A stretch of 64,000 nucleotides of DNA. Origin: Spirochaetia bacterium. GTDB taxonomy: Bacteria > Spirochaetota > Spirochaetia > SZUA-6 > Bin103. The translations under genes were made by a program, and so were the position numbers. The notes below the pieces were generated by a model. It was not told the DNA's origin. It made no database searches and worked only from the letters and a program-made list of their open reading frames with translations. The stretch is from the NCBI GenBank assembly GCA_965203905.1, contig CBDBDQ010000005.1, forward strand, positions 512,001 through 576,000, in the 5' to 3' direction. This document shows positions 28,659-38,460 of this stretch, one piece after another; the first letter of the stretch is position 1, and each line of letters starts with the position of its first letter.

Positions 28659-28837
28659 GTCGGGTTCCTTGCACGGAGCGCCGTGCAGCGCTGGTGGTGA
28701 CAGCGCCTACCAGAGCCGCACCGGACACACCGACCGTGAAAGACCGGAGTGTCCGGTGGCGCGATGAGGACCTTACCAGATTTTCCGCCCCGTGGCGCAG
28801 GATCGGCGCCGGGCCACTGGAGTGCGCGCCGCCTCGT

Positions 28838-29929
28838 CTATTTTTGCGAGTGGTCAGTCGGAGCGAAGTCTTCCTCGCGGAACCAGCAGCCCCGGATGTA
28901 GGACTTGGGTGCCTCATCACGGTGGTGATAAGCGCAGAAGATCTCTCCGTCCTCGAACTGAATCCACCCGCCGTAGCCGTAGTCGGCAGGATCCTTGCAC
29001 CCGTCGTGTTCCAGCTCGAGAAAGCGTGACTCACCGCCGCAGCCACCCAGGCCTGCCAGGTCCCCAAGCCAGGCCCAGGTGCCCGGACGTGCTCCCACCT
29101 TCAGCTTTCGCTCTCCGGGGGCGGGCTCCACGTTGCGGTACGTCACCAGGATCCGACCACTCTGCAGCAGGCCTGCGGCGGGCCGATCCGCGTAGAAGGC
29201 CGTCGGAGCTGGCGTAGACCAGGTATTGCCCTCATCTTCTGACAGGCAGTAATGCGAGGGACGCTTGATATGCTCATTCTCTCGCATGACGCACAGCAGC
29301 CGCCCGTCCGCCAGCGGCACCACGGATGGCTCGTTGTGCTGCACTCCGTCCTGTTCGGCCACCAGGGCGTTGAGCGGCCAGGTACGACCGCCGTCGAAGG
29401 AATGTGCCGCGTTCACCCGCATGGCGCCGGGAAACCTGACGCTCCAGTAGCCGATCGCCATCAGCCAGTGATCGTCAGTCAGCACGCGCAGCTTGTCCGA
29501 GCATGCGCCTTCGATCTCCGTCGAGCGGCGCTCGCTCCAAGTACGCCCCTCGTCGTCGCTGAACCAGAGAAAGGTCCGGAAACAGAGCCGATGCTGGGGC
29601 CAATTCCAATCGTCAGCCTCATCAGGGAACAGGAATGCGTCGAAGTTTGCCACGAGACGCCCGTCGGGCAGTACGCGGATACGGGGCGCGTTCCAGGTCG
29701 ACCTGTTCTGGGCGAAGGAGCGCCTTGTGTCAAAGGGCCGTTTGTTCGTCCACGTGCGGCCGCGGTCCTCGCTCTCCATGAGGATCATCCGCGACGTGCT
29801 GGCCCTGTGCACATCTGATTCGCGGTAGATGCAGAGCAGCTTGCCCGTTGGCAGCTGGCAAATGTCGGGAAAGGCTTCATACACATCATCGTCGCGCACG
29901 ATGGTCACATGCCGTAACGCATCCGTCAC
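28838..29929 (-). CDS. Asp-box (BNR) beta-propeller protein, sialidase-like
   Basis: Asp-boxes SEDRGRTW, SDDEGRTW, SFDGGRTW, SEDEGNTW; N-terminal YEAFPD; C-terminal DYGY. Confidence 0.8.
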   Translation of the reverse strand: MTDALRHVTIVRDDDVYEAFPDICQLPTGKLLCIYRESDVHRASTSRMILMESEDRGRTWTNKRPFDTRRSFAQNRSTWNAPRIRVLPDGRLVANFDAFLFPDEADDWNWPQHRLCFRTFLWFSDDEGRTWSERRSTEIEGACSDKLRVLTDDHWLMAIGYWSVRFPGAMRVNAAHSFDGGRTWPLNALVAEQDGVQHNEPSVVPLADGRLLCVMRENEHIKRPSHYCLSEDEGNTWSTPAPTAFYADRPAAGLLQSGRILVTYRNVEPAPGERKLKVGARPGTWAWLGDLAGLGGCGGESRFLELEHDGCKDPADYGYGGWIQFEDGEIFCAYHHRDEAPKSYIRGCWFREEDFAPTDHSQK

Positions 29930-30044
29930 AGGCTACCTCCTCGCTGGGCCTCGTCTCTGACACCACGATTCATACGCACCAAGAGAGGGGGTGAATCGCG
30001 CTTGAACGACGGATCTGCAACGCCACCTTCCTGCGTCGCAGGCC

Positions 30045-31415
30045 TCACACACCCTGCCCTGCCAGCCGTGCCTTCCGTTCCTCCAGCGGCATGTACTCTC
30101 CTGTCGCATCGTAGAGCTCCATGACGCGGTCGATCTGTCCGAACACCTTCTCGAACGCCTCCACGTACCGGTCCATCAGCTCACAACCGTTGGGCGGAAT
30201 CAGCCGCCGAACGCAGAAAGAGTTGTCCAGAATGGCAAACGCATTCGGGTAGTCGTTCAGATCGTATGTCACGTCGCTCCCGTGCTCCCTCCAAGGGCTG
30301 CCGTTGCCGTACCCGATCTTTCTCTGCAACACCGTCTGTGCCGGCAGCGGCACCTTCTGCCAGAGCGCCGCGTCCACATTCTCCGCCTGCAGCGCCTGCA
30401 ATACGGCGTTCCTCAACTTTCCGGCTTCCACGTCCAGATTCAGCTTCTCCGGATCCACCTGTACGGAATAGATGTAATACGTGTGCGTCCGGTCTTCCGG
30501 AACCGTGGGCGTGGCCAGCCCCTCGATCCCCTTCAGCCTTTGCGTCAGGTACTCCGCGTTGCGCTGCGTGGCGCTGATGTAGCCATCCAGGTGTTTGAGC
30601 TTGACCTGCGCCAGCGCCGAAATCACCTCCGGCATCTTGTAGTTCCACCCGATCCGTTCATTCATATACGCTCGGACGTCGGCCTTCAGCCCTTCGCCCG
30701 GCTCGCCGAACAGCCGTGTCATCGCCGCCCGGTCGTACACCTCCTTGCTGTTGCTGGTCATCAACCCGCCTTCGCCTGTCATCAGTTGCTTGGTCGTACA
30801 CATGGAAAACCCGGCTGCATCTCCAATAGTCCCGGTCATCTGGCCGCGGTACAGACTGCCGTAGGCCTGCGCCGAGTCCTCGACCACCTTCAGGCCGTGT
30901 CGGCCAGCGATCTCTTTGACCGCGTCCATGTCGGCCGGCAGACCGTACACGTGCACGGCCATAATCGCCCGCGTCCTCTCCGTGATCTCCGCCTCGATCT
31001 TCGAAGTGTCGATGGTATAGGTCTCGGGGTCGATATCCACAAACACCGGAATCGCATTGTGGTGCAAAACCGCCAGGGCCGAAGCAACAAAACTGAACGC
31101 CGGCACAATCACCTCGTCCCCGGCTTCCACCCCCACCCCCGCAACCGCGCAGTGCAGCGCGGCCGTACCGTTGCAAACCGCCAGAGCGTACTTGGCCCTG
31201 GTCCACTCGCAGAATGCCTTTTCCAGCGCCTCGGACTGGGGCATCCCAACGGGCACCGCAATACTTAGATGTCCGCTTCGCATCACCTCGACCACCGCAT
31301 CGATCTCTTCTTTCCCGGCTTTGCGGTAGCGCTCCCAGTCGTGGTCCACCAGGTGGGCGGGTACGGCTGTTGATCCACCTTCCAGGGCGAGTTTCTGGGT
31401 CGTTCCGATCATCAT
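30045..31415 (-). CDS. DegT/DnrJ/EryC1/StrS family PLP aminotransferase
   Basis: NGTAALH, GDEVIVP, PVFVDID, VHVYGLPADM, VVEDSAQA, FS...TKQLMTGEGG, GWNY. RBS AGGAG. Confidence 0.92.
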   Translation of the reverse strand: MMIGTTQKLALEGGSTAVPAHLVDHDWERYRKAGKEEIDAVVEVMRSGHLSIAVPVGMPQSEALEKAFCEWTRAKYALAVCNGTAALHCAVAGVGVEAGDEVIVPAFSFVASALAVLHHNAIPVFVDIDPETYTIDTSKIEAEITERTRAIMAVHVYGLPADMDAVKEIAGRHGLKVVEDSAQAYGSLYRGQMTGTIGDAAGFSMCTTKQLMTGEGGLMTSNSKEVYDRAAMTRLFGEPGEGLKADVRAYMNERIGWNYKMPEVISALAQVKLKHLDGYISATQRNAEYLTQRLKGIEGLATPTVPEDRTHTYYIYSVQVDPEKLNLDVEAGKLRNAVLQALQAENVDAALWQKVPLPAQTVLQRKIGYGNGSPWREHGSDVTYDLNDYPNAFAILDNSFCVRRLIPPNGCELMDRYVEAFEKVFGQIDRVMELYDATGEYMPLEERKARLAGQGV

Positions 31416-31426
31416 GCTCTCCTGCC

Positions 31427-31715
31427 ATGGGGTTGGCCATAGAAAAGGCCAAAGCACAGAGTATCGCGATTGTAGGTCTCGCGCAAATGCACCATGATGT
31501 TTGATTGGGCCACGACCGCTCTGTCGGGAGTCAAGGTGGACCATGCATATCACAGAGGCGAACGGTTGCCGCCAGACTGCATCGTCGATGAAGATGGCAA
31601 GGCTACCACCAATCCCAACGACTTTTTTCACGGTGGAGGCCATCTACCCTTTGGGGCACACAAAGGGTATACACTTGGCAATCGTTCATCGAAGCAGCGG
31701 CGCTGGTGGATGTGA
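31427..31715 (+). pseudogene. Ldh_2 (malate/L-lactate/ureidoglycolate dehydrogenase) family remnant with internal deletion
   Basis: MGLAIEKAKAQSIAIVGL..MHH joined out of frame to FDWATT...GERLP...VDEDGKATTNP...LPFGAHKGY. Confidence 0.7.
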
Positions 31716-31762
31716 AGGTAGCTTGACTCGATCTCCGTTCGAATCGTATTTCTGGGCGACAA

Positions 31763-31805
31763 AGAGGGGAAGCGCCGCAACCGCGGTCACCTCCCCTCTG
31801 TTTCT
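31763..31805. terminator. Probable intrinsic terminator downstream of the Opp-type SBP
   Basis: AGAGGGGA...TCCCCTCT stem with short T-rich tails on both strands. Confidence 0.5.
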
Positions 31806-31842
31806 CCTATCGACTCGCGCCTAGCGCGGATTCTCCAATAAG

Positions 31843-33780
31843 CTAGTACTTGATGTACCAAGCGCTCCGCTGCGAGGGGATGATCTCCCCCGGCATCGGA
31901 TCGGGTACGTTGCCGATCCGGTTGTTGTGGATGTAGGTAAAGCCGGTGGCGTCCCACTTCAAGAGGCCGAGCTCCCACAGATTGTCGGTGTGGATCTTGA
32001 AGGCCTTGTCGTAGAGCGCCAACTGCTCCTCCCGGTCGGTCGCCGCATAGATCTCGCTCTGGATCACGCGTAACTGCTTCAGGTCATCCGGCGGCTCGAC
32101 GCCGTCGGCCCCGGCCGTGTTGAGCCACTTCGACCACTCCCGCTCGGTCTCGAAGCTGGTTGCGAAGAGATTGTTGCTCATGATCGGCACCATCGGTGCA
32201 CCGACGTAGTAGCCCACGCGCAGACGCATGTCGTCCTCATCCGCATCCTCGAGCGCGCTCCACGCCGATTCGCCCAGAAACTTGATCGCCACGTTGACCC
32301 CCACGGCGGCCCACTGCTCCTTGATCAGCTCGCCGAGTTCCGCGTTCTCCGGCGGCCACGAGGGGTGATAGATGATGAACTGCAGCGGCTCGCCATTGGG
32401 ACCGAGACGAAAACCGTCCCTGCCGCGCGCGGACAGACCCACCTCGTCGAGCATCCGGTTGGCCTTGTCGGGGTCGTGCTCGATGTACTGCTTGAACATG
32501 GCGCGCTCGCCGTGGTACGGCGGACCCTCATCGGGCCCCAGCTGAGAGGGGGTGTAGCGGCCGCCAAAGAGCAGGTCGTTGATCTCCTCGCGGTTGATCG
32601 CGTGGGAGAGGGCGATACGGAAGTTCTTGTCGGCATAGAGCTTGCTCTTCACCGGATCGGAGGTCGTGTGGTTGAAGTAGAGAGTCGACGCGTTCCTCCA
32701 CCAGTCGAAGAACTTGACCTTGTAGTCGCCGCGGGACTCGTTCTCCTTCAGGAACGTGAAGTTCTTTCCGGGGTCCAGAAAAGAGGCGAGCGTTACGTCC
32801 TCCTCGCCGGCCACGACCTTGAGCAGCCACGCCTCGGTGTCTGCGACCAAGGGGCGCTCCACGCGGTCGATGTAGGGCAGCTGGTTGCCCTCCGGATCGA
32901 CCTTCCAGTAGTACGGGTTGCGCACCGCAATCTGCACCGGAGTGGTCTTGGGATTCTGGTTGAGCCAGGGTGCCAGCGTGGCACAGGCGGGATCGTGGAC
33001 TCCCATGGCGGGGCTACCGACGCAGTCCTTACTCTGGTAGAGCTCCGGCCAGGTGCTGAACCCCGCTTCGTTCATCATGCCATCGAGCTTGGTCTGCGAG
33101 GTGTAGGTGGGGTGAAACTGGCTCAGGTAGTGCTTGGGCGCGTACTGCGGCACCCAGTACATCCACCAAGTCCCCATCATGTCGACGAAGGGACTGTTGG
33201 GCTTGCTGAAGTTAAACGTGAACGTCTGGTCGTCGACCTTACGCACCACCATCAGCTTGCCATCGCGGGCGAAGAGGTTGGCGGGCTCCGGAGTCAGCTC
33301 CCTGTTGTTGAGGACGTCCTCGTACCAGAACATGACGTCGTCGATCGTGAACGGCTCGCCGTCGCTCCAGCGCATGCCGTTGCGGAGCTTGAAGGTGATC
33401 ATGGTGCCGTCCGCCGATACGCGGTACTCCTGGACCACGTTCGGCAGCGTGCTCTGGAGATCCGGCGCAATGATGGTGAGCGGCTCCTTGCTCATGGTCC
33501 ACGCCAGCCAGTCAGATTTGTCGGCGTCGCGCACCTGCTGCAGAGCGCCACCGTAGCTACCGATCTCTTCCACCTCGAGCACCCGTGGCACCTCGGGAAG
33601 ACGCTCCTGAACCGGCGGCAGCTCGCCGCTGGCGACCAAGGCCGCGAGCATTGGTGCTTCGCCGTACTGCCCGGTGCGCACCGCCGCCCCGGAATCAGTG
33701 GCCCCCTGTTCGACGGCGGCACCGGCGAAGCTCATCGCCGCAATCAGGGCCAGCACGAGAACGATGAGTGTCGTCTTCAT
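31843..33780 (-). CDS. Opp/Dpp-type (family 5) ABC solute-binding protein
   Basis: Signal peptide, EAPMLA..V.SGELPPV.ERLP, LRNGMRWSDGEPFT.DDV, RNPYYWKVDPEGNQLPYID, FRIALSHAINR. RBS AGGAGG. Confidence 0.92.
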   Translation of the reverse strand: MKTTLIVLVLALIAAMSFAGAAVEQGATDSGAAVRTGQYGEAPMLAALVASGELPPVQERLPEVPRVLEVEEIGSYGGALQQVRDADKSDWLAWTMSKEPLTIIAPDLQSTLPNVVQEYRVSADGTMITFKLRNGMRWSDGEPFTIDDVMFWYEDVLNNRELTPEPANLFARDGKLMVVRKVDDQTFTFNFSKPNSPFVDMMGTWWMYWVPQYAPKHYLSQFHPTYTSQTKLDGMMNEAGFSTWPELYQSKDCVGSPAMGVHDPACATLAPWLNQNPKTTPVQIAVRNPYYWKVDPEGNQLPYIDRVERPLVADTEAWLLKVVAGEEDVTLASFLDPGKNFTFLKENESRGDYKVKFFDWWRNASTLYFNHTTSDPVKSKLYADKNFRIALSHAINREEINDLLFGGRYTPSQLGPDEGPPYHGERAMFKQYIEHDPDKANRMLDEVGLSARGRDGFRLGPNGEPLQFIIYHPSWPPENAELGELIKEQWAAVGVNVAIKFLGESAWSALEDADEDDMRLRVGYYVGAPMVPIMSNNLFATSFETEREWSKWLNTAGADGVEPPDDLKQLRVIQSEIYAATDREEQLALYDKAFKIHTDNLWELGLLKWDATGFTYIHNNRIGNVPDPMPGEIIPSQRSAWYIKY

Positions 33781-33853
33781 CGTATTCCTCCTAATCGTCA
33801 GGACTCGAGAGTCACGGACCGAACAGTAACCGTACTGTGTATCTCGATGAGTG

Positions 33854-34900
33854 TCAAACCACCACTCCGGCCAGCTCGAGCTCTTCGGCAAAGTGGCAGG
33901 CGGCAAAGTGGGGGTTGCTCGGATCTTTGCCCACATCGACCAGTGCTGGTTCCTTCTCTCTGCAGATCTGCTGCGCGAAACGGCAGCGCGGGTGGAAGTA
34001 GCACCCAGAGGGCGGATTGGCAGGATCGGCGATGTCCGCCGCGAGCAGAATACGCTGCTTGCGGTAGCGTGGGTCGGGCTTCGGCACCGCCGAGAACAGC
34101 GCCTCCGTGTAGGGATGTCTTGGCTGGGCGAACAGCGTCCGAGTCGAGGTCAGCTCCACGATCTTGCCGACATACATCACCGCGACACGCTCGCTGAAGT
34201 ATTCCACCACGGCGAGGTTGTGGGCGATGAACAGGTACGCGAAGTGGTAGCTCTCCTGCAGATCCTGCAGCAGCTCCAGGATCTGCGCCTGCACGGAAAC
34301 GTCCAAGGCCGACACCGGCTCGTCCGCGACGATGAACCTGGGCATGAGTGCGAGGGCACGGGCGATGGCGATGCGCTGGCGCTGACCGCCGCTGAACGCG
34401 TGGGGGTAGCGCATCATGTAGACCGGGTCGAGCCGCACCATCTTCAGCAGCTCGGCGACGCGATCCTCCAGCTCCCGCCGGTTGGTTACCGTGCGATGGA
34501 TGACGAACGGCTCGGCCACGGTCTCGAACACGGTCATGCGCGGATTGAGCGACGAGTAGGGGTCCTGGAAGATCATTCCCATCTGGGTCATGACTGCTTT
34601 GAGCTCGCGGCGGCCGAGCGTGGTGATCTCCACGGGCGCACCGGTGCCATCCGCCCGAAAGCGAATCTTACCCGACGTTGGCTCTACCCCGCGCTGAATA
34701 CAGCGGCCGGTGGTGGTCTTGCCACAGCCGCTCTCGCCGACCAGGGCGAAGGTCTCTCCCGGTTGCACGGAAAAGCTCACATCGTCCACCGCCTTCACCG
34801 TGCCGCTCACCTGGCGCAGCAGCCCGCGGGTGCGCAGGAAGTGCTTCTTGAGATTCCTGACCTCCAGCAGCGGTTCCAGCGCCGGGCCCTGGTCACTCAC
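33854..34900 (-). CDS. Opp/Dpp ABC ATP-binding subunit (OppF-like)
   Basis: [54 protein letters not shown]. Confidence 0.93.
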   Translation of the reverse strand: MSDQGPALEPLLEVRNLKKHFLRTRGLLRQVSGTVKAVDDVSFSVQPGETFALVGESGCGKTTTGRCIQRGVEPTSGKIRFRADGTGAPVEITTLGRRELKAVMTQMGMIFQDPYSSLNPRMTVFETVAEPFVIHRTVTNRRELEDRVAELLKMVRLDPVYMMRYPHAFSGGQRQRIAIARALALMPRFIVADEPVSALDVSVQAQILELLQDLQESYHFAYLFIAHNLAVVEYFSERVAVMYVGKIVELTSTRTLFAQPRHPYTEALFSAVPKPDPRYRKQRILLAADIADPANPPSGCYFHPRCRFAQQICREKEPALVDVGKDPSNPHFAACHFAEELELAGVVV

Positions 34901-35936
34901 CGACGTCTTCCCTTACCGGGTGGTCCTGGTAGAGATAGCAGGCGACGCTGTGGCGGGATCCCACCGGCTGCAGCCGAGGGACCGCAGCATCGCAGACGCC
35001 CGGCATGAATTCCGGGCAGCGCGGATGGAACAGACAACCGCTCACGCGCTCGACGTGGGTCGGCACGGCCCCCTGGATCGGATGGATCTTCTGGGTAGCA
35101 CCTTCGCCGAGCTTCGGTACCGACTCCAGCAGGCCCCGCGTGTAGGGGTGCTTGGCGTCGTAGAAGAGGTCGTCTACCGGCGCCGACTCAACCTCCTGGC
35201 CCAGGTACATGATCAGCACGTTGTCAGCCAGCTCGGCGATGACCGCCAGGTCATGGGTGATGATGATAAGCGCCATGCCCAGGTCTCGCTGCAGGTCCTT
35301 GATCAGCTCCAACACCTGGGCCTGAATCGTCACATCGACGGCCGTCGTCGGCTCGTCGGCGATCAGCAGCTTGGGTCGACAGGAGAGCGCCATGGCAATC
35401 ATAGCGCGCTGGCGCATGCCGCCGCTCAGATTGAACGAATAGGCGTCGATGATCTGCGCCGGCTGCGGCATACCCACGCGCGCCAGCAGCTCGATGGCCT
35501 CGTTGCGCGCCTCGCGCTTGGTCACGTGTTGGTGCAGCATGATCGCTTCCATGATTTGGTTGCCGATAGTGTGCATCGCCGAGAACGAGGTCATCGGTTC
35601 CTGAAACACCATGGCAATCTCGGCGCCGCGGATCTCCCGGATGGCGCTGCCCTGCGGATCGAGCGTCACCAGGTCGATGCGTCCCTGGCTGGGCGAGTCG
35701 AAGAATATGCTGCCGGCGATGATGGCGCCGTTCTTGGGCACGATACGCAGAATCGACTGCGTGGTGACGCTCTTGCCGCAGCCGCTCTCCCCGGCGATGC
35801 CGAGCGTGTCACCACGGCCGAGGCTGAAGCTCAATCCGTCTACCGCTTTGACGGTCCCTTCCCGGGAGAAGAAGTGGGTCTTGAGACCCTCGACGCTGAG
35901 CAGCGTGGCCTCGTGCGACATCGTATCCCCTGCCAT
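34893..35936 (-). CDS. Opp/Dpp ABC ATP-binding subunit (OppD-like)
   Basis: [48 protein letters not shown]. Start 35936 or 35921. Confidence 0.93.
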   Translation of the reverse strand: MAGDTMSHEATLLSVEGLKTHFFSREGTVKAVDGLSFSLGRGDTLGIAGESGCGKSVTTQSILRIVPKNGAIIAGSIFFDSPSQGRIDLVTLDPQGSAIREIRGAEIAMVFQEPMTSFSAMHTIGNQIMEAIMLHQHVTKREARNEAIELLARVGMPQPAQIIDAYSFNLSGGMRQRAMIAMALSCRPKLLIADEPTTAVDVTIQAQVLELIKDLQRDLGMALIIITHDLAVIAELADNVLIMYLGQEVESAPVDDLFYDAKHPYTRGLLESVPKLGEGATQKIHPIQGAVPTHVERVSGCLFHPRCPEFMPGVCDAAVPRLQPVGSRHSVACYLYQDHPVREDVGE

Positions 35937-37066
35937 CAGACCGTCGCGTACGGGTCGGCGGCGTCGCGCATCCCATCGCCGAGGAAGTTGAACGCGAGGA
36001 TCGATACGATGACGAACAGCGCCGGGATCAGCAGCCACGGGGCGCTGGCGAGCACCCGTATTGCCTGCGCATCCTTCAGGAGTACCCCCCAGCTGATCGC
36101 CGGGGTTCGCAGGCCGAGCCCGATGAAGCTGAGGGCGGTCTCTCCGAGGATCATGCCCGGAACCGATAGCGTAAGAGAGGCGATGATGTAGCTGTACAGC
36201 GACGGCAGCAGGTGCTTGCGGATGATGTAGCCGCGCCCGGCGACGTGGATCTGCGCCGCCAGCACGAAGTCCTCTTCCCGCACCGACAGAAACTTGCCGC
36301 GCACGACGCGCGCCAGCGAGGTCCAGCCGACGAACGAGAGAATCACGACGATCGCGAGGTAGAGCTGCACCACGGTCCAGTGGGGCGGCAGCGACGCGCT
36401 CAACCCCATCCACAGCGGCAGTGTCGGAATAGAGCGGAGAAACTCGATCAAGCGCTGGATGATGACATCCACCGGGCCGCCGAAGTATCCCGAGATGCCC
36501 CCGATCAGAATGCCCAGCACGAAGCTCAGCGCGATCCCCAGCAGCCCGACGGTAAGCGAGACGCGGCTGCCGTGAATGATGCGCGAGAGCAGGTCCCTCC
36601 CGAGCGAATCGCCGCCAAACAGGTACGCCCGGCCGCCGCGGAAGCCGAACAGATGGATACTGCTGTCGAACAGACCCCAGAAGCGGTAGGGGTCGCCGCG
36701 GACGAACAGCGCCAAGGGGTACCGCTGCTCCTCGTCGATCGAGTACTCCTTGCCGTACGTGACCGGGTTGATCTGCTGCTTCAGCCCGTAGACGAATGGG
36801 CGTAGGTGAAAACGGCCATTGAGCTCCACGAAACGGGGTGCCTGCGGCGGTTGCAAGATACGCTCGGCGTCATGCATGCGGGGATCGTGTGGCGCCACGA
36901 GCTCCGGGAAGAGCGCCCCCAGGTAGAACGCGACGAGCACGACCAGTGCCACCACCGCCAATCGGTGGCGGACGAATTTCCACCTGATCAGCTGCCACTG
37001 CGAGGCAACGAAGAGTCGTTCCTCGGAGGGCGCGCTAGCAACCGTCGGCGGTGCCGATTGCGCCAT
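35936..37066 (-). CDS. Opp/Dpp ABC permease (OppC-like)
   Basis: GGDSLGRDLLSR, ARVVRGKFLSVREEDFV.AA, ETALSFIGLG, LAFNFLGDG.RDAADP. Confidence 0.93.
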   Translation of the reverse strand: MAQSAPPTVASAPSEERLFVASQWQLIRWKFVRHRLAVVALVVLVAFYLGALFPELVAPHDPRMHDAERILQPPQAPRFVELNGRFHLRPFVYGLKQQINPVTYGKEYSIDEEQRYPLALFVRGDPYRFWGLFDSSIHLFGFRGGRAYLFGGDSLGRDLLSRIIHGSRVSLTVGLLGIALSFVLGILIGGISGYFGGPVDVIIQRLIEFLRSIPTLPLWMGLSASLPPHWTVVQLYLAIVVILSFVGWTSLARVVRGKFLSVREEDFVLAAQIHVAGRGYIIRKHLLPSLYSYIIASLTLSVPGMILGETALSFIGLGLRTPAISWGVLLKDAQAIRVLASAPWLLIPALFVIVSILAFNFLGDGMRDAADPYATV

Positions 37067-37069
37067 CGA

Positions 37070-38056
37070 TCAGACCGCCTCGCGGATGCGCGGATCCAGC
37101 CACGCCAGCAGGATGTCGGAGATCAACGTTCCCACGACGGTCAGTACGCTCAAGACGAAAATGATGCTTCCGGCCATGAACATGTCCTGACTGAGGAGGG
37201 CAGTTAGCAAGACGGGAGCGATCGTCGGCAGACCCAGGACGATCGAGGTCAGCAGGGCACCGTTCACCATCTCTGGGAGGGTGTACCCGATGGTGCTCAC
37301 CACCGGGTTCGCAGCGGCCCGAAACGGGTACTTGTAGAGGAGCCGCCTCTCGGCCAGGCCTTTGGCGCGAGCCACCATCACGTAGGGTTTTTGCAGCTCG
37401 TCGAGCATGTTGGCGCGCATGATGCGAATGAGGCTGGCGGTGCCGGCAGTGCCGACGATGAGCGCAGGGATCCACAGGTGAGACAGCAAGTCCAAGACCT
37501 TCCCTACGCTCCACGGCGCCGTGAGGTAATCTCTGGAGAACAGGCCTACCGCCGCATTGCCCGTCCACAGAAAGAACAGCCACAGGAAGACGAGGGCGAA
37601 CAGGAAGTTCGGCACCGCCAGCCCGATGAAGCCGATCGTCGTGAACACGTAGTCGCGCGCCGAATATTGATTGATGGCAGAGGTCGTGCCGATGGGAATG
37701 GCGAGGATATACACGACCAGCAGTGAGCTGAAGGCGATCAGGATCGTCCAGGGCAACCGCTCGAGCAACAGGGTCTTCACCGGTTGGTTCCAGGCGAACG
37801 ACCGTCCCAGGTCGCCGCGGAGGAGGTGCGAGGCCCACTTCATGTACTGGATGTGGACCGGCTGATTCAATCCGTAACGATCACGCAAGGCATCGATCTG
37901 GCCTTGTTCCACGATCCGCCCGAGCTGCCTGAGGCCCGCGACGTAGGTATCCACGTAGTCCCCAGCCGGCGCCTGGATGATCAGGAACGACAGCATGGAG
38001 ACGGCGATCAGCGTGGGAACCATGAGCAGCACGCGACGGACGATGTACTTGATCAT
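37070..38056 (-). CDS. Opp/Dpp ABC permease (OppB-like)
   Basis: MIKYIVRRVL, GDLGRSF, R.NMLDEL.KPYV..ARAKGL, SDILLAWLDPRIR. Confidence 0.93.
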   Translation of the reverse strand: MIKYIVRRVLLMVPTLIAVSMLSFLIIQAPAGDYVDTYVAGLRQLGRIVEQGQIDALRDRYGLNQPVHIQYMKWASHLLRGDLGRSFAWNQPVKTLLLERLPWTILIAFSSLLVVYILAIPIGTTSAINQYSARDYVFTTIGFIGLAVPNFLFALVFLWLFFLWTGNAAVGLFSRDYLTAPWSVGKVLDLLSHLWIPALIVGTAGTASLIRIMRANMLDELQKPYVMVARAKGLAERRLLYKYPFRAAANPVVSTIGYTLPEMVNGALLTSIVLGLPTIAPVLLTALLSQDMFMAGSIIFVLSVLTVVGTLISDILLAWLDPRIREAV

Positions 38057-38128
38057 GTGGCGTTAGCTCTTGTACCATCCACGCCTCATTCCTTCAAGCG
38101 AAGTCACCTTTGCTCACCCTACCTCGCC

Positions 38129-38221
38129 TCCACCGTGGCCACCTTTCTGAAGGCAGCCTCGAGGTCGCGGCCACTGACGATCGTGCTCGATGATCTGCAC
38201 TGGACGGACAAGCCGACGCTA
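38129..38221 (+). pseudogene. About 30-aa fragment of a STAND/AAA_16-type ATPase (Walker B region)
   Basis: STVATFLKAASRSRPLTIVLDDLHWTDKPTL matches the 'PL..VLDDLHWAD..SL' pattern. Confidence 0.55.
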
Positions 38222-38328
38222 CACTGCGATCAGGGTCGGGATCATGAGCAGAACGCGACGGACGACGAGCTTCGTCATCCAGCGTGAGCTGTCGTGTCAA
38301 ACAACGATGCCTTTTTTCCTTCAAGCGA
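38219..38328 (-). repeat. Diverged direct duplicate of the oppB 5' end and its upstream region
   Basis: 38278-38219 encodes MTKLVVRRVLLMIPTLIAV* (cf. MIKYIVRRVLLMVPTLIAV). The upstream TTCCTTCAAGCGA is shared with about 38089-38101. Confidence 0.75.
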
Positions 38329-38460
38329 GGGCGTGCCCGAGCCCCTGGAAGCAGTGCGCCATGCGTGGCCAGCCCATGCGCTCGTCGATCTTGCACATAC
38401 GCTTGTATGCCCTGGAGGCCGCGGCTATACTGAGCACCGCAAGATGGCGAGGCCCACAGT

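Noticed and set aside
28838-31415. Aminoglycoside or O-antigen biosynthetic cluster based on DegT
   Set aside because: No glycosyltransferase, nucleotidyltransferase, cyclase or exporter; neighbours are importers and hydrolases.
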